Origin: Candidatus Anderseniibacteriota bacterium
GTDB lineage: Bacteria; Patescibacteriota; Andersenbacteria; UBA10190
DNA: 64,000 nt
Direction: 5' to 3'
Assembly (NCBI GenBank): GCA_040900375.1
Contig: JBBDZC010000015.1
Coordinates: 8,366 to 72,365, forward strand
Shown: positions 59,137 to 64,000 of the stretch, in pieces
Layout: every line of letters starts with the position of its first letter
Position numbering within the stretch: position 1 is the first letter of the stretch
The notes under the pieces: generated by a model
Databases searched by the model: none
Told to the model about the DNA's origin: nothing
What the model saw: the letters and a program-made list of their open reading frames with translations, nothing else
Program-made: the position numbers and the translations under genes

Positions 59137-59379
59137 CGTTGTCACCCCCTTTCATTAACCACAAAATCCGGTTTCGAGAGCTAGGGAAAGGACCTTCAGG
59201 CTACCCATGCTTAAACTTTACCCCTGATCCCACTTAAAAGAAATAAGGAGCGCTGGCGGCATATTGACAAAATAAAAATATACAATATCCTAAAGAAGCT
59301 ACAGAAGCCAAAACAGAAGTAGCCGTTCTTTTCCCACCCCAGCCGTTCTTTACTCACCCTCATCAAGGAGGTAAGCCAA

Positions 59380-59592
59380 GTGCCCGATCTGCCCTCGCGA
59401 CATCCCCACATTGTCTCCTCCCGGTACGTCACGTGGACTATAGTCCTGGCTATCGTGGGCCTTACCTGGCTCATCCCCACCCTTGCTCTCCGCCTCCTTG
59501 GCAGAGACGATCTTGCTCGCCCTATCACGGTTATCGCTGTTCCCATCCTTCTGGCAATCCTCTGGATTCGCCATTTGTACCACCCTCGGTGA
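59380..59592 (+). CDS. Small two-TM protein
   Basis: SD AAGGAGGT upstream of GTG; hydrophobic. Confidence 0.55.
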   Translation: MPDLPSRHPHIVSSRYVTWTIVLAIVGLTWLIPTLALRLLGRDDLARPITVIAVPILLAILWIRHLYHPR

Positions 59593-59736
59593 GCACCCAC
59601 TCCTGCCCAGCGGCACCCGCCTCTGGGCAGTTTTCTTTTTTGCAGAAATTTCTGCATTAAAAATACCCTCACTTGCTGATCAGAGGGTCTTCCACATCAG
59701 AACCAAGCAACGAAAAACAAGCTAGGAGAACAGAGA

Positions 59737-60456
59737 TTATGCCACCCAGTCGTAGAGAAACTTAAGTCCCGCCACGAGTACCGCCAGCAAAACCAGTTTT
59801 CGAAAATGTCGCTGCGGAGTATAATCTACCACGCGCTTCCCGATAAAAGAGCCAATGAGCGCTATAAAGAACAATACCAGCACAGAACTATAGTACTGGC
59901 GTTCTAAAAAACCCTGTTGTAAGTACACGGGTATCCTCGTCACATCCACTGCCAAGGCGATTGCGGCAGCCGTGGCAATGTATTTTTCCTTATTAAGCCT
60001 AAAGGCATTGAGAAAAGCTCCCCGCAGCGCCCCGCCCGTGCCAATAAGCCCGGCTAAGAAGCCGGATAAGCTACCCCCTATAACTGCATTTATTGCCCGA
60101 GGAGCAAATTGCAGTTCCTCCCGCCAAAGAAAAATGACAGCATAGAGAACGAGAAACACGCCTAAGAATGCTTGGATCAAATCTTGAGATACATGCGGTA
60201 CTAATAAAGCCCCGCCAATACTACCGACAACACTAGGGACGCCAAACGTAACAAGTAACCTCCGCTCTAACCCGTATCTAAAGAAACTGATCCGGCCAAG
60301 ATTACCAAAGATATGGAGGAAAGCCACGAGGACCAATGCCGTTTTAAAGTCAACAAAGAAAATTGCTAACGGCAGAAAAATCGTGGATGAACCAAACCCG
60401 GCAATAGTTCCCACAATTTCAGCAAACAGTGCGGCCGCAAAGAAAAAAAGATTCAC
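59737..60456 (-). CDS. TauE/SafE (TSUP) family transporter
   Basis: GT.AGFG, GG.LSG...GL.GTGG. Confidence 0.88.
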   Translation of the reverse strand: MNLFFFAAALFAEIVGTIAGFGSSTIFLPLAIFFVDFKTALVLVAFLHIFGNLGRISFFRYGLERRLLVTFGVPSVVGSIGGALLVPHVSQDLIQAFLGVFLVLYAVIFLWREELQFAPRAINAVIGGSLSGFLAGLIGTGGALRGAFLNAFRLNKEKYIATAAAIALAVDVTRIPVYLQQGFLERQYYSSVLVLFFIALIGSFIGKRVVDYTPQRHFRKLVLLAVLVAGLKFLYDWVA

Positions 60457-60593
60457 TATTTCTTGTTAACGTATTTCCAAAGCGCCACCGCCCCCAGCAC
60501 CAGATTAACCAGCACCAACAGGCCCACGAGCCAGCCAAACGTCATGTATCCTCCTCCATACATACCACTCATCATGTTGTAATCCATCATCAT
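60456..60593 (-). CDS. Small 45-aa Met/Gly-rich single-TM protein
   Basis: SD AAGGAGGTGA; MMMDYNMMSGMYGGGYMTFGWLVGLLVLVNLVLGAVALWKYVNKK fills the gap exactly. Confidence 0.75.
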   Translation of the reverse strand: MMMDYNMMSGMYGGGYMTFGWLVGLLVLVNLVLGAVALWKYVNKK

Positions 60594-60598
60594 TACCC

Positions 60599-61003
60599 TC
60601 ACCTCCTTAAGATCAATAACAGCACTAGAAACAAAAGAGTAAAATCAACCGCCGAGATCACACACCAGGTACAAAAAGCTTTGATAACGGCCGCCTGTAG
60701 ATACATAAAATAGAGAGAGAAAAGAAAACCAATGGTGACCACCACACCAATGGGCCACAGTGGCACAGTCCCGACACGGTATAATAGTGTAAGCACAAAA
60801 ATTATTAGATACATGACCAGCCCCGCATACGCGTTGGGGATGCCGAAGGTCTTACTGTGTGGGCTGTACTGCACCCTTTGGCACCACTCTTTAGGAAAAC
60901 CAATACAAGCTACATCGGTTTTGGTAATTGCATGATAGGCAAGGTACAGGGTATTAATAATGCCAATACCGGAGAGTACGAGAAACATAGAGGTGAGAAT
61001 CAT
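60599..61003 (-). CDS. VKOR family protein
   Basis: C......C..V..S, FCTWC. Confidence 0.88.
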   Translation of the reverse strand: MILTSMFLVLSGIGIINTLYLAYHAITKTDVACIGFPKEWCQRVQYSPHSKTFGIPNAYAGLVMYLIIFVLTLLYRVGTVPLWPIGVVVTIGFLFSLYFMYLQAAVIKAFCTWCVISAVDFTLLFLVLLLILRR

Positions 61004-61009
61004 AATGAA

Positions 61010-61408
61010 CTAGGATTTTGTTACTTGACCATCAAAATGCTCCGTGTCCTTCAGCGCCTCTTCCTTAGTCTTATGCACCACGCCATCACGGTGATGCGGC
61101 GGAGAGTACAGAGTGTAGAGCTTTATTGGTTCAGTATCAGAGTCATTAATGATGTTGTGTTGCACACCAGCCGGAACAATAACAACACTACCGTCAACAA
61201 GCTCGCTTTCACTACCATTTAAGACGGCGCGACCCTTGCCTTGCTCAATACGTAGAAACTGATCAACATCATGCACTTCTTCACCAATATCCTCGCCTGG
61301 CTGCAAATGCATCGCAGTTAGTTGGCTATGCTTAGCGGTATACAGTACCTGGCGAAAATATTCATTTTCCAGCGTTAGTCGCTCGATGTTTTCAATATAT
61401 CCTTTCAT
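61010..61408 (-). CDS. Cupin-domain protein
   Basis: FRQVLYT..HSQL, IGEEVH.VDQF, PAG..HN, LYTLYSPP.H. Confidence 0.9.
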   Translation of the reverse strand: MKGYIENIERLTLENEYFRQVLYTAKHSQLTAMHLQPGEDIGEEVHDVDQFLRIEQGKGRAVLNGSESELVDGSVVIVPAGVQHNIINDSDTEPIKLYTLYSPPHHRDGVVHKTKEEALKDTEHFDGQVTKS

Positions 61409-61409
61409 A

Positions 61410-61805
61410 TTAGTCTGGTGAAAAAAGCTCTGGCTTATACGGCTGCAGTCGGACTATTTTCACTCGGTGCTTCTCTTTCTGCTCTAGTTCCTTGCGTACC
61501 TCATCCTCGGTTGGTTCTTGATTATAGCCCATGGCAAGAATATCAAACTCAACTTCTCCTAAAAGATGATAGCGGTTAGCAGTTTTCCTCCCCAGCATTA
61601 CTTCATCGACATATGTAACAGCTTTGACAGCCGCGATCCGCTGCTCTTCTGAAGTTCGTGGTTCCCGGTGCTTGGATGCTCGGATCGCACTATCATGGGC
61701 CACCACGACAATGAGGTAGTCACCCAACGCTTTCGCTTGTCGTAAAAGGTCTTTATGGCCCTCGTGGAGAGGATCAAAGGCACCGAAGACAATAACACGT
61801 GTCAT
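61410..61805 (-). CDS. HxGH cytidylyltransferase family (RibL FAD synthase/TagD-like)
   Basis: FGAFDPLHEGH, LIVVVA.D, R...V....VD, GYNQ. Confidence 0.85.
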   Translation of the reverse strand: MTRVIVFGAFDPLHEGHKDLLRQAKALGDYLIVVVAHDSAIRASKHREPRTSEEQRIAAVKAVTYVDEVMLGRKTANRYHLLGEVEFDILAMGYNQEPTEDEVRKELEQKEKHRVKIVRLQPYKPELFSPD

Positions 61806-62019
61806 GCTATTTACTATATCACAAGCCGGCAGTGACCAAGGGCCCAGCAACAGAGTTCACCTGCCCCCGTTGTTGCCTGCACTTAAAGCCGTAGCCCGGA
61901 ATGAAAATTAAGAAAAAAGTGGTTGATTTTAGATCTGACAACAATCCTTTGCACATTTTAGGCCAAAAAGTGCTAGAATGGCGATTAGAGGGACTTACCA
62001 ATTAATAACTATATAAAGT

Positions 62020-62274
62020 ATGGCAGAAACCAATGCAGCGTTTATGAAGCCAATGACAATCAGCGATGAGCTAGCTGTCGTAGTTGGCAAGGGGCCCATG
62101 GCTCGGTCGGAAGTGGTGAAGAAACTGTGGGAATACATTAAGAAAAACAACCTTCAGGATCCGGCCAATAAGCGTAATATCAACGCGGATGAAAACCTGA
62201 AAAAGGTATTTGGTGGCAAAGAGACCGTCAATATGTTTGAAATGACCAAGCTCGTTTCAAAACACCTGTCCTAA
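62020..62274 (+). CDS. SWIB/MDM2-domain protein
   Basis: LA.VVG.....RSEV.KKLWEYIK..NLQDP.NKR.I..D..L..VF, MFEM. Confidence 0.92.
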   Translation: MAETNAAFMKPMTISDELAVVVGKGPMARSEVVKKLWEYIKKNNLQDPANKRNINADENLKKVFGGKETVNMFEMTKLVSKHLS

Positions 62275-62391
62275 GCGCGGCCACCCTAGTCTCAGGTCCG
62301 CCCTCAAAATACAAGTACCTCACGGCGGATTTTTTGGCTCCACGGAGTCGGAAGAAAGTTCGAATCAAGCTGACATTGCATAAAAAGCTAA

Positions 62392-62522
62392 TTTATCTGG
62401 AGCCCGTAAGACCTCGGGCGTAAGTCCGAGGATGAAGGGCTTTGTCACTGTCCCGGCGGAGCCGGCACGCCGCAGACAAAAGTCCCCCGATACCACGGGC
62501 ATAAGCCCGTAGTGACTTTTAT
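62392..62522. mobile_element. Palindromic element, family C, copy 2 (inverted)
   Basis: Reverse complement of 32230-32361; TTTAT at both ends. Confidence 0.85.
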
Positions 62523-62594
62523 AATGCCAAAGAAATCAAAAACCGCCTCCCTTCCTAGGTGAGACGATTTTAGTGTTGCTCAAAAGACTAGTTA

Positions 62595-63020
62595 TTACGC
62601 TAAGTATTTTTCTAGCTTGTTGAACGTACTCTCCCAACCCTGGGTGTGCATTGCTTTGGCTTTATCATCAGCAAAGCCTTCATGGCGCAAAGTTACTTTG
62701 GTTTTACCCCCCTCAATTTCTTCGAAAGTCAGCATAACTCTAGTTTCGCCTTCTGGAGACCCTTCCCATCGCCAAGAGAACGCCAGAGTGCGCGGAGCTT
62801 CAATGATTGAAAAAGTTCCTACAGCAACATGCGCACCATCATCGCCCTGCATAGCAATGCGATACGCACCACCAACCTTAAGGTCCACCTCCGCCTCCGG
62901 GGTGGTTAAGTTTTCCGGTGCGTACCACTTCTGCATCTCGGCTGGATCGGTCCAGGCCCTCCAGACTCGATCAAGCGGAGCGTTAATGACACGAGTAACT
63001 TCCAGTGAATGATTTTCCAT
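62595..63020 (-). CDS. SRPBCC/AHSA1 domain protein
   Basis: VWRAWTDP...W, D..VGG.Y, FSW, GW. Confidence 0.9.
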   Translation of the reverse strand: MENHSLEVTRVINAPLDRVWRAWTDPAEMQKWYAPENLTTPEAEVDLKVGGAYRIAMQGDDGAHVAVGTFSIIEAPRTLAFSWRWEGSPEGETRVMLTFEEIEGGKTKVTLRHEGFADDKAKAMHTQGWESTFNKLEKYLA

Positions 63021-63364
63021 TACTCGTCACCTCCTTCCAAATAGTTCTGCAGGGAATCCAGTTTGTATTCCCAGAATTTTTTGTATTTGACTATATACTG
63101 CTCTGCCGTTTGCAGCGAATCGGGATTGAGCTGAACAATATGCTTACGTCCCCGTTTGCTGCGCTTAATCAATTCAGCTCTCTCGAGTATTTTCAAGTGC
63201 TTTGATACCGCAGGAAGCGAAATGGAATATGGTCTGGCAATTTCTGAAACAGTAAGAGGACGCTGCGCAACGCGCCGCAGAATCCGCCGCCGGGTCGGAT
63301 CAGAAAGAGAAGCAAAAATGAAATCCAATTTCTTCTCTACGTTGCTTTCTATATATTTAACCAT
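63020..63364 (-). CDS. ArsR/SmtB family transcriptional regulator
   Basis: F..LSDPTRR.IL, S.PAVSKHL..LE.A.LI. Confidence 0.92.
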   Translation of the reverse strand: MVKYIESNVEKKLDFIFASLSDPTRRRILRRVAQRPLTVSEIARPYSISLPAVSKHLKILERAELIKRSKRGRKHIVQLNPDSLQTAEQYIVKYKKFWEYKLDSLQNYLEGGDE

Positions 63365-63378
63365 AAGGTTAAATATAT
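63351..63378. promoter_or_regulatory. Probable ArsR operator
   Basis: Perfect 12-4-12 inverted repeat ATATATTTAACC-ATAA-GGTTAAATATAT over the start codon. Confidence 0.75.
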
Positions 63379-63571
63379 CAGACTATTTCAATAAAGCAAA
63401 TTAATGATTGGTCTTAAAGTATAATCGGCATCACCAGATTCTAGTGAGGCAGGAAAGTATCTGACACCCTTCTCCACCTCGTGAAGGCATATTAGGCGAG
63501 CGGGGTTTCCTATCTACCAAGATTTGGTTATATTGTTTATATATCTTTTATTCCGTGGGGAGGTGATTTTG

Positions 63572-63694
63572 ATGGATCAAACAACGCCTGACGAAGAAAC
63601 ACAACAAAATAACGGATCAACGCCTCCGGCTGAGCCCGAGACGCCTATGCCTGATCAAGGTCCGCAAGAGGGTCAAGGTAACGTGGGGGCATGA
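63572..63694 (+). CDS. Small 40-aa acidic, disordered protein
   Basis: SD GGGGAGGTGA; MDQTTPDEETQQNNGSTPPAEPETPMPDQGPQEGQGNVGA; terminator follows. Confidence 0.65.
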   Translation: MDQTTPDEETQQNNGSTPPAEPETPMPDQGPQEGQGNVGA

Positions 63695-63712
63695 TGAAAA
63701 TCTTTAATCGCT

Positions 63713-63753
63713 GCACTCATACCTTCACTCAATAAGGTATGAGTGCTTTTTTT
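63713..63753 (+). terminator. Intrinsic terminator
   Basis: GCACTCATACCTT/AAGGTATGAGTGC followed by a T-run. Confidence 0.8.
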
Positions 63754-64000
63754 AAAGAGTTAAAGGTGTCAAATACTTTCATGGTTGTCGCTACTCCTAA
63801 GCTGTTATTTACCAATAATTGCCTCTGGATCAATATTAAAATCAGTATATCGCCACCAGCTCGGAACAAACTTAAAAAACTCGGAGTTCCGCACGGGGCT
63901 TAAGTGGCCTTTCGGTATGTCATCTATTGTGTACAATGCTACGCCTCCCTCACGCCGTATAGAGCTCTACCACGCGGTGGCAGCAAATGACATGAAGCAA

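Noticed and set aside
62340-62380. GTTCGAATC suggesting a tRNA T-loop
   Set aside because: No T-stem pairing or cloverleaf can be formed around it.
1-64000. DGR template repeat, reverse transcriptase, transposase or CRISPR array
   Set aside because: By-eye search found no second copy of the 15810-15945 region, no YxDD RT ORF, no HUH/DDE transposase and no regularly spaced repeat-spacer array.
63800-64000. Minus-strand reading frame at the window end with an in-frame TAG
   Set aside because: All three minus frames contain stops and there is too little sequence to call a gene, pseudogene or recoding event.

Overview
Gene-dense bacterial chromosomal segment using the standard genetic code (TGA acts as stop). 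Gene content and style (short accessory genes, GH1/EamA cluster, NeuA/NeuB, DsbA/VKOR, standalone SWIB and RRM proteins, non-canonical EF-P loop, many palindromic repeats) suggest a Patescibacteria/CPR organism; that taxonomy is inference. Recognisable genes include efp, gnd, lgt, gpsA, mscL, ccdA, typA, murJ, a sigma-70 factor, a UvrD-nuclease fusion, PBP1A, a DEAD-box helicase and two sugar-modification clusters. No rRNA, tRNA, CRISPR array, transposase or reverse transcriptase was found. The most notable signals are: (1) at least five families of 100-185 nt palindromic elements, three of them bounded by pentamer direct repeats (TTGAC or TTTAT), two of which sit at both ends of a cyclase gene and add amino acids to it; (2) a GC-rich gene ending in a diversity-generating retroelement (DGR)-style variable region with no template repeat or RT in the window, plus a diverged relative; (3) structured leaders, a boxA-like leader motif, unannotated small ORFs and a one-base frameshift in a secreted Asn/Thr-repeat protein.
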